DNA of 64,000 nucleotides from an uncultured Actinomycetes bacterium (GTDB lineage Bacteria; Actinomycetota; Actinomycetes; Streptosporangiales; Streptosporangiaceae): NCBI GenBank assembly GCA_963720945.1, contig CAVRHH010000024.1, positions 1 through 64,000 on the forward strand. The letters run 5' to 3'. This document shows, one piece after another, positions 28,460-38,046 of this stretch. The first letter of the stretch is position 1; the number at the start of each line of letters is the position of its first letter. The notes beneath the pieces were generated by a model that was given only the letters and a program-made list of their open reading frames with translations, did not search any database and was not told the origin of the DNA. The translations under genes and the position numbers were made by a program.

Positions 28460-29002
28460 TTACGGAGGTTCGCGAGGACCGGTGCCGCCTGACCGACGGA
28501 CTCGCGGATCCGCTGTTCCTCGGCCTCCGCGTAGGGACGTGGCCGGTACCTGGTCGGTATGCCCGTCGTGCTGCTCCTTCAGGAAGAGACGGTTGAGGTG
28601 CGCGTTGACGGGCTGATAGGCGGTCATGAGCCGGGAAGCAAGCATCGTGTCCGGATGGCCCGCCACGTGCGTTGGGCTGAGGAGGTCACGTACGGCGGCC
28701 CACTGCCCGGCGAACCGCTCAATGTCGGCGTGTTCGGCCGGAGGATCGCCCGCGTGGAGCTGCTCGAAGTAGGCGAGCTGCGTGTCGGTCGCGGGCAGGA
28801 TGGTGGTGTAGAGCGAGCCGAGGAGCTGGGATTGCCGGGCGGGCGCGGAGGCGAGGAATGCCCCCTCGCCGGTGGCGTACGCCGCGTCCATGTCCTGGGC
28901 GAGCTTGCCCGTCGCGGTCGAGGTGGTCAGCTCGTTCTTCGCCGGGTATGGCAGAATTGCCCGATATTTGCCAGCGGGATTGACCTGCCGAAGAATCACC
29001 AT
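28460..29002 (-). CDS. N-terminal (sensor) domain of the same diguanylate cyclase, in a different frame
   Basis: 180 aa ORF ending in off-frame-like sequence. Junction with the GGDEF frame around 28540-28580. Confidence 0.45.
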   Translation of the reverse strand: MVILRQVNPAGKYRAILPYPAKNELTTSTATGKLAQDMDAAYATGEGAFLASAPARQSQLLGSLYTTILPATDTQLAYFEQLHAGDPPAEHADIERFAGQWAAVRDLLSPTHVAGHPDTMLASRLMTAYQPVNAHLNRLFLKEQHDGHTDQVPATSLRGGRGTADPRVRRSGGTGPREPP

Positions 29003-29137
29003 TTAAACCGTCCTTTGTGCCGTGCGGGGCCCGCATTTACCATCGGCCGCCGCTTTTTCTCTGGCCGGGCACACTGGGTCGCCCGCCGGGCCTGCACGGG
29101 GGTTCCGGGTGGCCGTTGCCCGGGTTAGCGTCTAGCT

Positions 29138-29932
29138 ATGCCGCACCTGAGGCCGGTACCTGACCCAGAGCCGAGATCCGCGGCGCTCATCCAGTCGGTG
29201 GACCGGGCGATCAGCGTGCTGGAATTCCTGGCCAAGCGCGGCCGGGCCGGCATCACGGAGATCGCGGAAGAACTGGGCGTGCACAAGTCCACCGCGTCGC
29301 GGCTGGTCAGCGTGCTCGAAAACCGGGGCCTGGTGGAGCAGCTGGGTGATCGCGGAAAGTACGCGCTCGGCTTCGGCATCGCCCGGCTGGCCGCCGCGGG
29401 GACGCGGCGGCTGGATCTCACCAAGCTGAGCCAGTCGGTCTGTGAGGACCTGGCCCGGCGGCTGGGGGAGACCGTGAACGTCGCCGTCCTGCACGACCGG
29501 GCCGCGATCAACATCAGCCAGGGGTTCGGGTCGTCCGCGGTCGCGGTGCAGAACTGGGTCGGCCAGCGGACCCCGCTGCACGCCACCTCCAGCGGCCAGG
29601 TGCTGCTCGCCCACGTACCGGAGAAAGACCGCGAATCCATGCTGGACAAGCCGCTGCGCCGGCACACCCTGCACACGGTCACGCATCCGGCCGAGCTGGC
29701 CGCCGAGCTGGACCGGGTGCTGAAGGACGGGTTCGCGATCAGCTTCGAGCAGCTGGAAGTGGGCCTGAACGCGGTGGCCGTGCCCGTCTTCGATCCGCGC
29801 GGCGAGGTGATCGCCGCGATCAGCGTCTCCGGGCCCTCCTACCGGCTGACCCGCCGGCGCGCCGAGGAGATCATTCCCGAGCTGGCCGCGGCGTCGGCGG
29901 ACCTGTCGGCCCAGATCGGGTACGCGCGCTGA
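29138..29932 (+). CDS. IclR family transcriptional regulator
   Basis: N-terminal wHTH (SVDRAISVLEFLAKRGRAGITEIAEELGVHKSTASRLVSVL) plus IclR effector domain. Confidence 0.85.
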   Translation: MPHLRPVPDPEPRSAALIQSVDRAISVLEFLAKRGRAGITEIAEELGVHKSTASRLVSVLENRGLVEQLGDRGKYALGFGIARLAAAGTRRLDLTKLSQSVCEDLARRLGETVNVAVLHDRAAINISQGFGSSAVAVQNWVGQRTPLHATSSGQVLLAHVPEKDRESMLDKPLRRHTLHTVTHPAELAAELDRVLKDGFAISFEQLEVGLNAVAVPVFDPRGEVIAAISVSGPSYRLTRRRAEEIIPELAAASADLSAQIGYAR

Positions 29933-29964
29933 CGGGCTTAACGGGAGCGTAGCGAGGAGCGGGC

Positions 29965-31161
29965 GTGCCGTCCTACGACGCCATCGTGGCCGGGCTCGGC
30001 GGAATGGGCAGCGCCGCGGCGTACCGGCTGGCCCAGCGCGGGCTGCGGGTGCTCGGGCTGGAGCGGTACACCCCCGTGCACGATCAAGGGTCCAGCCACG
30101 GCGGCTCGCGGATCACCCGGCAGGCGTACTTCGAGGATCCGGCGTACGTGCCGCTGCTGCTGCGGGCGGCCGAGCTGTGGCCGGAGGTCGAGGCCGCCTC
30201 CAGCCGGACGATCGTGCACCTGACCGGGGGCGTGATGGTGGGCCGCGCGGACAGCCGGACCGTGGCCGGCAGCCTGCGCAGCGCGCAGGAGTGGGGCCTG
30301 CCGCATGAACTGCTCGACGCCGCGGAGATCCGCCGCCGGTTTCCGACCATGACGCCGGCGCCGGACGAGGTCGCGCTGTACGAGCGCGGCGCCGGGCTGG
30401 TGATCCCGGAGGAATCCGTCGCCGCCCACCTCGCGCTCGCCGCCGAGTCGGGCGCCGAGCTGCACTTCGGGGAGCCGGTGACCGGCTGGCAGGCCACCGG
30501 GGGCGGGGGCGTGCGCGTGCGCACCGCGGCGGCCACCTACCTGGCCGGCCAGCTGGTGGCCTGCCCCGGGGCGTGGGCCCCGGAGCTGCTGGCCGACCTG
30601 GGCGTGCCGTTCGGCGTGGAACGGCAGGTTCAGTACTGGTTCGCACCAGCGGCCGGCCCGGAACGGTTCCGCGCGGAACGCCACCCGATCTACATCTGGG
30701 AAGCTGACGGTGGCCGCCAGTTCTACGGCTTCCCGTCGTTCGCCGGCCCGGCGGGCGGGCCCCCGGGCGGGGTCAAGGTGGCTTTCTTCCGCGGCGGGCA
30801 GCCCTGCACGCCCGCGACCATCGATCGCACCGTCTGCCCGGAAGAAATCGGCGCCATGCGGGCCTTCATCGCACCGCGGATGCCGGATCTGCCCGGGACC
30901 TTCCTCAAGGCCGTGACGTGCATGTACACCAACACCCCGGACGAGCATTTCGTGATCGCCCGGCACCCCGGGCACGAACAGGTGATCGTGGCGTGCGGCT
31001 TCTCCGGGCACGGGTTCAAGTTCGTGCCCGTGGTCGGGGAGATCCTCGCCGACCTGGCCGCCGGCGGCGGAACCTCCCATCCCATCGCCCTGTTCGATCC
31101 CCGGCGGCTGACGACCTCCGCAGCGCCATCAAGGGACCGGGCTGATCAGGAACCGAGCTGA
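29965..31161 (+). CDS. FAD-dependent monomeric sarcosine oxidase / N-methyl-L-tryptophan oxidase family (MSOX/MTOX)
   Basis: N-terminal FAD motif [17 protein letters not shown] and a conserved cysteine region for covalent FAD attachment. Confidence 0.8.
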   Translation: MPSYDAIVAGLGGMGSAAAYRLAQRGLRVLGLERYTPVHDQGSSHGGSRITRQAYFEDPAYVPLLLRAAELWPEVEAASSRTIVHLTGGVMVGRADSRTVAGSLRSAQEWGLPHELLDAAEIRRRFPTMTPAPDEVALYERGAGLVIPEESVAAHLALAAESGAELHFGEPVTGWQATGGGGVRVRTAAATYLAGQLVACPGAWAPELLADLGVPFGVERQVQYWFAPAAGPERFRAERHPIYIWEADGGRQFYGFPSFAGPAGGPPGGVKVAFFRGGQPCTPATIDRTVCPEEIGAMRAFIAPRMPDLPGTFLKAVTCMYTNTPDEHFVIARHPGHEQVIVACGFSGHGFKFVPVVGEILADLAAGGGTSHPIALFDPRRLTTSAAPSRDRADQEPS

Positions 31162-32459
31162 TCCAGGCGGGTGGCCAGGAACTCGCGTTCCACAGCGTTG
31201 CCGGTCAGCAGGAGCGCTTCTTCGTAGGCGAGACGCGCCTCGCCGGTCCGGCCGAGGCGGCGAAGGAAGTCGGCCCGCGCGGCGGACAGGTAGCCGTAGC
31301 CGGCCAGTTCCGGGCTCGAGGCAAGGGCGTCCAGGGCGGCGAGGCCGGCCGCGGGACCGTCGGCGAAGCCGACCGCGACGGCCCGGTTGAGCTCGACGAC
31401 GGGCGAGGGCCAGCGCCGCATCAGCAGGTCATAGAGCCCTACGATCTGCGGCCAGTCGGTCTCACCGAAGGCCGGTGCCTCGTCGTGGACCGCCGCGATC
31501 GCGGCCATCAGCGTAAAGCGTCCCGGCGCCCGCTGGGCGAGAGCCTCCCGGACGAGCGCGGTCCCCTCAGCGATCTTGGCCGCGTCCCAGCGTGCCCGGT
31601 CCTGGTCGGCCAGCAGGATCAGCCGTCCCGCGCCGTCGGCACGGGCGTCCCGGCGGGCGTCGGTCAGCAGGATCAGCGCCATCAGCCCGGCGACCTCGCG
31701 GCGGCCGGGGAGCAGCACGCGGAGCATCCGGATCAGGTCCAGCGAGCGGTCCACCAGGTCAGCGCGCATCAGGACATCCCCGGTGGGGGCGGCGTAGCCG
31801 GTGCTGAACAGCAGATGAACCACGGTCAGGACGGCGTCCACGCGCTCGGTAAGTTCCGCCCGGGGCGGCACCCGGTAGGGGATGCGGGCCGCAGCGATCT
31901 TCTTCTTGGCCCGGGTGATGCGGGCCGCCATCGTGGGCTCGCTGACCAGGAAGGCCCGCGCCACCTCGGCCGTCGACAGGCCGCAGAGCAGCCGCAGCGA
32001 CAGGGCGACCTGCGCCTCGGTGCCCAGCGCCGGGTGACAGCAGGTGAACACGAGCCGCAGCCGGTCATCGGCGATGTCCGTCCCAGCCGGGCCGGCCGCC
32101 TCCGGCCCGGTGGCCAGGACCTGATCGGTGACGAGCAGCGGCAGGACACGCTGGGCGGTCGCGTCCCGGCGGAGCAGGTCCAGCGCGCGCCGCCGGGCGA
32201 CCGTGGTCAGCCATGCCCCGGGGCGAGCCGGGATCCCGGTAGCGCCCCACGTGCCCAGGGCCCGGGTATAGGCGTCCTGGACGCATTCCTCGGCCAGGTC
32301 CAGGTCGCGCGTGACGCGCACCGTCGCGGCGAGCACGAAAGCCCACTCACGACGGTGCGCGTCCGCGACCGCAGCGGTGACAGCCGGGGCAGCGGTAGCC
32401 GGGCTGACGGCCGCCGCCGGGCCAGCGGCCGCCGGGCCGATGGGCGAGTCCATGTCCAC
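31146..32459 (-). CDS. Sigma-70 family (ECF-like) RNA polymerase sigma factor with long C-terminal extension (YciI-associated type)
   Basis: Region 2 ([14 protein letters not shown]), region 4 HTH ([28 protein letters not shown]). ~430 aa. Followed by a YciI-family gene. Confidence 0.75.
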   Translation of the reverse strand: MDMDSPIGPAAAGPAAAVSPATAAPAVTAAVADAHRREWAFVLAATVRVTRDLDLAEECVQDAYTRALGTWGATGIPARPGAWLTTVARRRALDLLRRDATAQRVLPLLVTDQVLATGPEAAGPAGTDIADDRLRLVFTCCHPALGTEAQVALSLRLLCGLSTAEVARAFLVSEPTMAARITRAKKKIAAARIPYRVPPRAELTERVDAVLTVVHLLFSTGYAAPTGDVLMRADLVDRSLDLIRMLRVLLPGRREVAGLMALILLTDARRDARADGAGRLILLADQDRARWDAAKIAEGTALVREALAQRAPGRFTLMAAIAAVHDEAPAFGETDWPQIVGLYDLLMRRWPSPVVELNRAVAVGFADGPAAGLAALDALASSPELAGYGYLSAARADFLRRLGRTGEARLAYEEALLLTGNAVEREFLATRLDQLGS

Positions 32460-32492
32460 GATGGTCTCGCTGCCATCAGGCGGGAACCGGCG

Positions 32493-32840
32493 TCACATGA
32501 CCTCCCAGATCGGCCGGACCTCGACACCACCGAACCGCGCCGGCACTTCCCTGGCCACGGCGAGGGCCTGGTCGAGATCGGCCGCCTCGATGAGGTAGTA
32601 GCCGCCCAGGGCCTCCTTGGTCTCGGCGAACGGGCCGTCCGTGACCGTCGCGCCGCCGTCCGGGCCGGGCCGGACGGAGGTCGCCGTGCTGGTGGCCTGG
32701 AGGGCGTTACCGCCGCGGATCACCCCGGCGTGGCGCTGGCCGAACTCCATGTGCTCCTTGGTGAGCTGCGCGTTCTCCTCCGGGGTCGCGCCCGCCCACT
32801 GGGCCTCGTCTGCGTAGATCAGGATCAGGTACTGGGACAT
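32493..32840 (-). CDS. YciI-family (DGPF domain) protein
   Basis: 115 aa, MSQYLILIYADEAQW... is typical of YciI-like proteins encoded next to this sigma-factor class. Confidence 0.8.
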   Translation of the reverse strand: MSQYLILIYADEAQWAGATPEENAQLTKEHMEFGQRHAGVIRGGNALQATSTATSVRPGPDGGATVTDGPFAETKEALGGYYLIEAADLDQALAVAREVPARFGGVEVRPIWEVM

Positions 32841-32935
32841 GGTGCTTTCCTCCCGTATGCGGCCCGCCTTCCGGGCCGTTCACTTCACCGACGCGCGGGA
32901 CCGGTGCGGATCGACAACCGCGGGGCAATTCTTTC

Positions 32936-33021
32936 GCAGACCTGCCGCGGGCGCTCCGCCCTCGCGGCGTACGCGTTATCCGCAGACCTGCCGCAGGCGC
33001 TCCGCCCTCGCGGCGTACGCG
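32936..33021. promoter_or_regulatory. Two 40-bp near-identical direct repeats separated by 6 bp, each containing a GCGTACGC palindrome, in the divergent intergenic region between the yciI-sigma operon and the LysM hydrolase gene
   Basis: Units 32936-32975 and 32982-33021 differ at one position. Confidence 0.5.
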
Positions 33022-33338
33022 ATGATACTCACGCTACGTTGCAGTATTGATTACTTTCTGTGCTGGATGGCTCCTGAATGCCCCTGTGTCACGTGTTTCC
33101 TGCGTGGTTTATCACGAGAGCATCACAGAATTTCGTCAATTTGCCTGCGGGCGGCCCGCGCGCCCTGCGATGCTCTCCAGCGGCACGGAACACCGCCAAG
33201 GCGTGGCAAACGTCGCCAATGATCACAAACGTGATCGCGCTCGGCCGGGCCGAACACTGCCCAGCGGGCAGCGAGTAGGTGGGCATCAACACGACGATGG
33301 GGAGCTTTGTGGGTTCATCGCACAGGCATGGCCGCAAG

Positions 33339-34307
33339 ATGAAGCTCATGCGGTCGGGACGGCACGCGACGCCGACACAGGTGGAGAAGGTTGCGGAGAA
33401 GGCCGGGAAGGCCGCTCCGGCGATGGCGGTGACCGCGGGCGCGCTGATGGCCGTCCCGCACGGGCACACAACGGTGGCAGCCACGCACGCCACCGTGGCC
33501 GCAGCGGTCGTCACCGCGAAGACCGAGCACGCCACGGCGGCCGGCCCGGACTCCGCGGCGCAGGCCATCATGACGAAGGCGGCACTCGCCCACTCCACCC
33601 TCGACGCGGCGACGCACGCCGCCAAGGCCAGCCAGAACTACGCGGTGCGCTCGGGCGACACGCTGTCCAGCATCTCGGACCACGTTTACGGGAAGCCCGC
33701 CGACTGGCAGTGGCTCTACCACGTGAACAGCAAGACCATCTCCGACCCCAACCTGATCTACCCGGGCCAGGTGCTGAACGTTCCGGCCGACCCGCCCGCA
33801 AACTACACCCTGCCCGCGTCGGCGCTCCCGGCCACCACCTCGAGCGTCTCGACCGCGCCGTCCGGCGGCTACCAGGCGCGGCACGCCGCCCCGGTGGCCC
33901 AAAACAGCGGCACCGACAGCGGCACCGGCAGTGACAGCGGCAGCGGCAGCGGCTCGGGGACGGCCAGCGCGCCGACGACGGTCTCGCACGTTTCCGGCGG
34001 CGCCGCCCCGACGTCGGCCGGCACGTACAGCTGCGGTGGCCTGGAGGCACTGTGGGAGGAGGCCGGCGGCTCCTCCGGCGAGGCGGTGATGGCGGCGGAG
34101 ATCGCCATGGCCGAGTCCGGCGGCAACCCGAACGCCATCAGCCCCACCGATGACTTCGGTCTCTGGCAGATCAACGGCTCGCACGGCGCGGAGGCCACGC
34201 TCAACCCGCTGGGTAACGCCAGGGCGGCCGTCGACATCAGCGGCGACGGCAGCAACTGGAGCCCGTGGACGACGTACGTCACCGGCGCCTACGCCGGCCG
34301 CTGCTAA
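33339..34307 (+). CDS. LysM domain plus lysozyme-like/transglycosylase (SLT-type) domain cell-wall hydrolase
   Basis: LysM motif (YAVRSGDTLSSISDHVYG...LIYPGQVLNVP), Ser/Gly linker, C-terminal AESGGNPNAIS...GLWQINGSHG. Confidence 0.7.
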   Translation: MKLMRSGRHATPTQVEKVAEKAGKAAPAMAVTAGALMAVPHGHTTVAATHATVAAAVVTAKTEHATAAGPDSAAQAIMTKAALAHSTLDAATHAAKASQNYAVRSGDTLSSISDHVYGKPADWQWLYHVNSKTISDPNLIYPGQVLNVPADPPANYTLPASALPATTSSVSTAPSGGYQARHAAPVAQNSGTDSGTGSDSGSGSGSGTASAPTTVSHVSGGAAPTSAGTYSCGGLEALWEEAGGSSGEAVMAAEIAMAESGGNPNAISPTDDFGLWQINGSHGAEATLNPLGNARAAVDISGDGSNWSPWTTYVTGAYAGRC

Positions 34308-34413
34308 CGCACGTGCCCGTCGCCGGCCGACGGTGACGGAGGGACCCACGGCTGAGCGTGCTGAAGCCCCTGCGGGCAGCTCCCGCAGGGGCTTCAGCGT
34401 GTCGCGACCGGTC

Positions 34414-34745
34414 TCAGGCGGCGGGGCCGCTGGCGAGCGTCACCGTGGCGGTCTGGCTCTGCCCGGAGGCGTCGGTCCAGCTGATGCTGACCTTGTCGCC
34501 GGGGTGGTACGGGCCGAGGATCGACTGTATCTGCGAGGGCGAGGTGACCGACTGGCCGCCGACGGCGGTGATCACGTCGCCGGCCGTCAGCCCGGTCCCG
34601 GCGGCCGGTGAGCCGGAGAGCACCCCGGCGATCGTCGCGCCCGATGTGGTGCTGCCGCCGTCACCGAAACCGCCATAGGCCGTAGCCGTTTCCGTAGCCG
34701 TTGCCGTAACCGCCGTAGCCGCTGCCGTCACCGCCCGTCCCGGTG
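34414..34745 (-). CDS. PDZ domain of the same HtrA-like protease, in a different frame (frameshift at ~34678-34681)
   Basis: GATIAGVLSGSPAAGTGLTAGDVITAVGGQSV... PDZ signature. Removing one C/G in 'ggcc' at 34678-34681 restores ...GYGYGGFGDGG... continuity. Confidence 0.6.
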
Positions 34746-35896
34746 CTCGCGCTGCTGCTGACCTCGATGCCGAGGAATCCGGTGGCGCCGATGTGCACCG
34801 TCGAGGACGACGTGCCCGCCTCAATCTGCGCCGCGATGGTCTCCGCCTCGTCGATCGGGATGGAGAAGGCCTGGGTGGCTGTTTTGCTCTGGCCCTGCTG
34901 GCTCTGGCCCTGCTGGCTCTGGCCCTGCTGGCTCTGGCCCTGCTGGCTCTGGCCCGGGGTCGCCGCCTGGGCGGACGTTGTTTGGCTCGCGGAGGACGCG
35001 GCGGTGTCGATCCCCACGACCTGCCCGGCCGAGTTGACCAGCGGGCCGCCCGAATCGCCGGGCTGGATCGGCGCGTTCGTCTGGATCAGCCCGCTGAGCT
35101 GCTCGGAGTTACTGGAGCCTTCATCGCTGGCCGTGATCGACTGATTGAGCGCGGTCACGCTGCCGGTGACCACCGACGGGGTGCCGCCCTTGCCTTCCGC
35201 GTTCCCGATGGCGACGACGTTCTGGCCCACCGTGACCGTGGACGAATCGCCCAGGTTCACGGTCTGCAGGCCGGACGCGTTCTGCAACTGCAGGACGGCG
35301 ATGTCCTTGGTCTTGTCGTAGCCGACGACGGTGGCCGTGTAGGTCTTGCCGTTCCCGATGTCGGTGACGGAGATGGAGGTCGCGCCGTCGATCACGTGGT
35401 TGTTGGTCAGCACCTCACCAGTGGAGGTGAGCACCATGCCGGTGCCGGCCGCCTCGGCGTTCTGGTCCCCAAGGGTCGACACCACGTCGACCAGGCCCGG
35501 GGACACCCGCGCGGCGATCTGGGAGGTGCTGAGGACCGTCGTGGCGCTGGTGGTCGCGTGGCTGGTCCCGCTTCCGTTCTGCACGGCGTCGTAGGAACCA
35601 ACTGCGGCGGCTGCGGCGACCGCGAGCCCCGCAGCCCCGAACGCCAGCCCGCGCCGCAGTCGCCGGCGGCGTGGGGGAGGCACGTCGCCGCCGCCCGACC
35701 AGTTCCCCCCGGACCAGCCGCCGCCGGACCAGTTCCCGCCGGACCAGCCGCCGCCGGCCGAGCCGTACGGCTCGGCAGAACTTGCCCCGTACGAGCCGTA
35801 GGGGCTGCCCGCGCCGGGGTGCGCGGAAGAAGAGGACGCCTCTTCTGATCCCGCCGGTAGCGCCGTGCCCTGGATGACGTTCATGGATCTGCCCAC
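34661..35896 (-). CDS. HtrA/DegP-like S1C serine protease (N-terminal disordered region, TM helix, trypsin-like domain); frame ends inside a GYGNGYG repeat
   Basis: Catalytic-triad context (TNNHVIDGA; DIAVLQL; GDSGGPLV). QSQQG x4 linker. Confidence 0.75.
   Translation of the reverse strand: MGRSMNVIQGTALPAGSEEASSSSAHPGAGSPYGSYGASSAEPYGSAGGGWSGGNWSGGGWSGGNWSGGGDVPPPRRRRLRRGLAFGAAGLAVAAAAAVGSYDAVQNGSGTSHATTSATTVLSTSQIAARVSPGLVDVVSTLGDQNAEAAGTGMVLTSTGEVLTNNHVIDGATSISVTDIGNGKTYTATVVGYDKTKDIAVLQLQNASGLQTVNLGDSSTVTVGQNVVAIGNAEGKGGTPSVVTGSVTALNQSITASDEGSSNSEQLSGLIQTNAPIQPGDSGGPLVNSAGQVVGIDTAASSASQTTSAQAATPGQSQQGQSQQGQSQQGQSQQGQSKTATQAFSIPIDEAETIAAQIEAGTSSSTVHIGATGFLGIEVSSSASTGTGGDGSGYGGYGNGYGNGYGLWRFR
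34886..34950. repeat. 15-bp tandem repeat x4.3 (ctctggccctgctgg) encoding the QSQQG linker repeats of the protease
   Basis: Direct reading. Confidence 0.8.
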
Positions 35897-36091
35897 CTAG
35901 CTCCTTGTTTTCACTATGTCGCCAGTGTCGGCAGCGAACCTTGAGCGAAGCTGCCGGCGGGCAAGTGGCAAGCTGGAACATTGCTGAACGTTTCCTGAGG
36001 ACCCTGAGGTTCCGCTGAAACTCCCGGAATACCCGCGACCCGGGATACGGGCGTGACTGCGGTGGACGCCGCTGAGGTAGAAAGGGGAACT

Positions 36092-36271
36092 ATGAAGAAG
36101 CTTCTGGAGCTTTTGGTCTGCCTCATTCACCCGGTCGCGGTCATCCTCATGTGGGTCAACCTGGCCGGCCGCAGCGATCTCACCGGGCTGGAGAAGGTGG
36201 TGTGGGCGATCTTTGGCCTGATTCCCCTCGTGCCGTTCCTGTACGTGCTGGTCGGAGGCGACCTCTGGTAG
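36092..36271 (+). CDS. PLDc_N-family small membrane protein (phospholipase-D-like N-terminal domain protein)
   Basis: 59 aa, two TM helices, pattern MKKLLELLVCLIHPVAVILMWVNLAGR...KVVWAIFGLIPLVPFLYVLVGGD. RBS-like aaagggg 5 nt upstream. Confidence 0.55.
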   Translation: MKKLLELLVCLIHPVAVILMWVNLAGRSDLTGLEKVVWAIFGLIPLVPFLYVLVGGDLW

Positions 36272-36342
36272 GCACGCACAGCGCTGGCCCCGCACGGGCC
36301 AGCGCAGCGCTGGGGCCCCCGGCGCTCTGATAGAACGCTGCC

Positions 36343-37131
36343 ATGCAGCAGACGGGACGTGTCGCGGTGGTGACCGGGGCGGCGCGCGGGCTCGGCCGGG
36401 TGATCGCCTCGACGCTGGCGCGGCAGAACTACGCCCTGGTGCTGGCCGACGTCGGGGACCTTGCCGCCACGGCCGCCGAGGTCACGGCGCTGGGCGCACC
36501 GGTATGGCCATCCCGGGCCGACGTGTCCTCCGAAACGGACGTGCTCGCGCTGGCGTCCGGCGCCCGTGACCGCTTCGGGCGGGCCGATGTCCTGGTCAAC
36601 AACGCGGGCATCTCCTTGCTGCGGCCGGCCGAAGAGACCTCGGCCGGCGAGTGGCGGCGGGTGCTCGATATCAACCTGACCGGGGCGTTCCTGCTGTGCC
36701 GGGAGTTCGGCGCGCAGATGCTGGCGGCCGGATCCGGCTCGGTGGTCAACATCGCGTCGATCGCCGGCCTGCGCGGTGTCTCGCACCGGGCCGCCTACAA
36801 CGCGTCGAAACACGGCCTGGTCGGCCTCACCTCCACGCTCGCGGCCGAGTGGGGCGGCCGGGGGGTACGGGTGAACGCGGTCTGCCCCGGCTGGATCAAA
36901 ACCGAGATGGACGCTGAGGACCAGGCCAGCGGCGGTTACACCGACGCCGATATCACCGGCCAGGTGCCGATGGCCCGCTTCGCCTCCCCGGCCGACGTCG
37001 CGGCCGCGGTCGCCTTCCTGGCTGATCCGGCCCGGAGCGGCTTCGTCAACGGTGTCGCGCTGCCCGTCGACGGCGGCTGGGTGGCGGACGCCAGCTGGAC
37101 CTCACTGCGGCTGCGGACCCGCGAACTGTGA
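36343..37131 (+). CDS. SDR family oxidoreductase (FabG-like)
   Basis: TGAARGLG cofactor motif and YNASK catalytic motif. Confidence 0.85.
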   Translation: MQQTGRVAVVTGAARGLGRVIASTLARQNYALVLADVGDLAATAAEVTALGAPVWPSRADVSSETDVLALASGARDRFGRADVLVNNAGISLLRPAEETSAGEWRRVLDINLTGAFLLCREFGAQMLAAGSGSVVNIASIAGLRGVSHRAAYNASKHGLVGLTSTLAAEWGGRGVRVNAVCPGWIKTEMDAEDQASGGYTDADITGQVPMARFASPADVAAAVAFLADPARSGFVNGVALPVDGGWVADASWTSLRLRTREL

Positions 37132-37670
37132 ACCCCCGAAACCCGCTGACGGAGGATGCCGTGATGACCACCGAGCGACCCGACCCGCCGCTGACCGGCG
37201 ACGAGCGGGTCATGCTGCGCACGTTCCTCGACTACCACCGCGCGACGCTGGCGATGAAGTGCGACGGCCTGTCCGGTGAGGAGCTGCGGCGCCCGTCGAT
37301 GCCGCCGTCCACCCTGTCGCTCCTCGGCCTGGTCCGGCATATGGCCGAGGTGGAGCGCACCTGGTTCCGCCGGGTGATCAACGGCGAGGACATCCCGCTG
37401 GTGTGGTCCGCCGACGGCGACTTCCAGGTGGCCTACGACGCGAGCACGGCCACGCGGGCGGAGGCCTTCGGGGCCTGGCAGGCGGAGATCGAGCAGGCGC
37501 GCCGCATCGAGGAAGCGGCGGACTCGCTCGACATGACCGTGCACAACCCCCGCTGGGGTGAGGATGTGTCGCTGCGGCTCGTCATGCTCCATCTGATCCA
37601 CGAGTACGCCCGGCACAACGGGCATGCAGACTTGCTGCGTGAAGGTATCGACGGAACCGTCGGTGTCTGA
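37128..37670 (+). CDS. DinB_2/DUF664 family protein (mycothiol-dependent transferase-like four-helix bundle)
   Basis: Conserved HxxxH...H metal-binding pattern (HMAEVERTWF; HLIHEYARHNGHADLLRE). Confidence 0.7.
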   Translation: MNPRNPLTEDAVMTTERPDPPLTGDERVMLRTFLDYHRATLAMKCDGLSGEELRRPSMPPSTLSLLGLVRHMAEVERTWFRRVINGEDIPLVWSADGDFQVAYDASTATRAEAFGAWQAEIEQARRIEEAADSLDMTVHNPRWGEDVSLRLVMLHLIHEYARHNGHADLLREGIDGTVGV

Positions 37671-38046
37671 CCTCTTCCCCCGGCCGTCCGGCCCGCTCTC
37701 CCGGCCGTCCGGCGGCGGCGGCCGCTGGATGGGAGCACTTGACATCCTCCCCGCCGTGAACGACGGGGATTCCCACAGAAAGGCTTGACATGGCGAGCAT
37801 AGCGCGGGGAGCGGCACCGCTTGGCTCTCGCGGTATAACCGCTCCCTGCAAAGTGGCATCTACCACACGTAAGTGTGTCAAGCCTCCCTGTGGAGGTTCG
37901 CGGATCGTCGCCGTGCCCGACTGCGCAAGAAGGCTCACCGCGCTGCCACCGCATGCCCTGCGGCGGGTCCTGTGAACACTCCAATTGTATCGCGCCGTAC
38001 CCGGCGTTCCTCCCCGCCCTGAACGGCGGGGTTCCGCACCGGAGGT

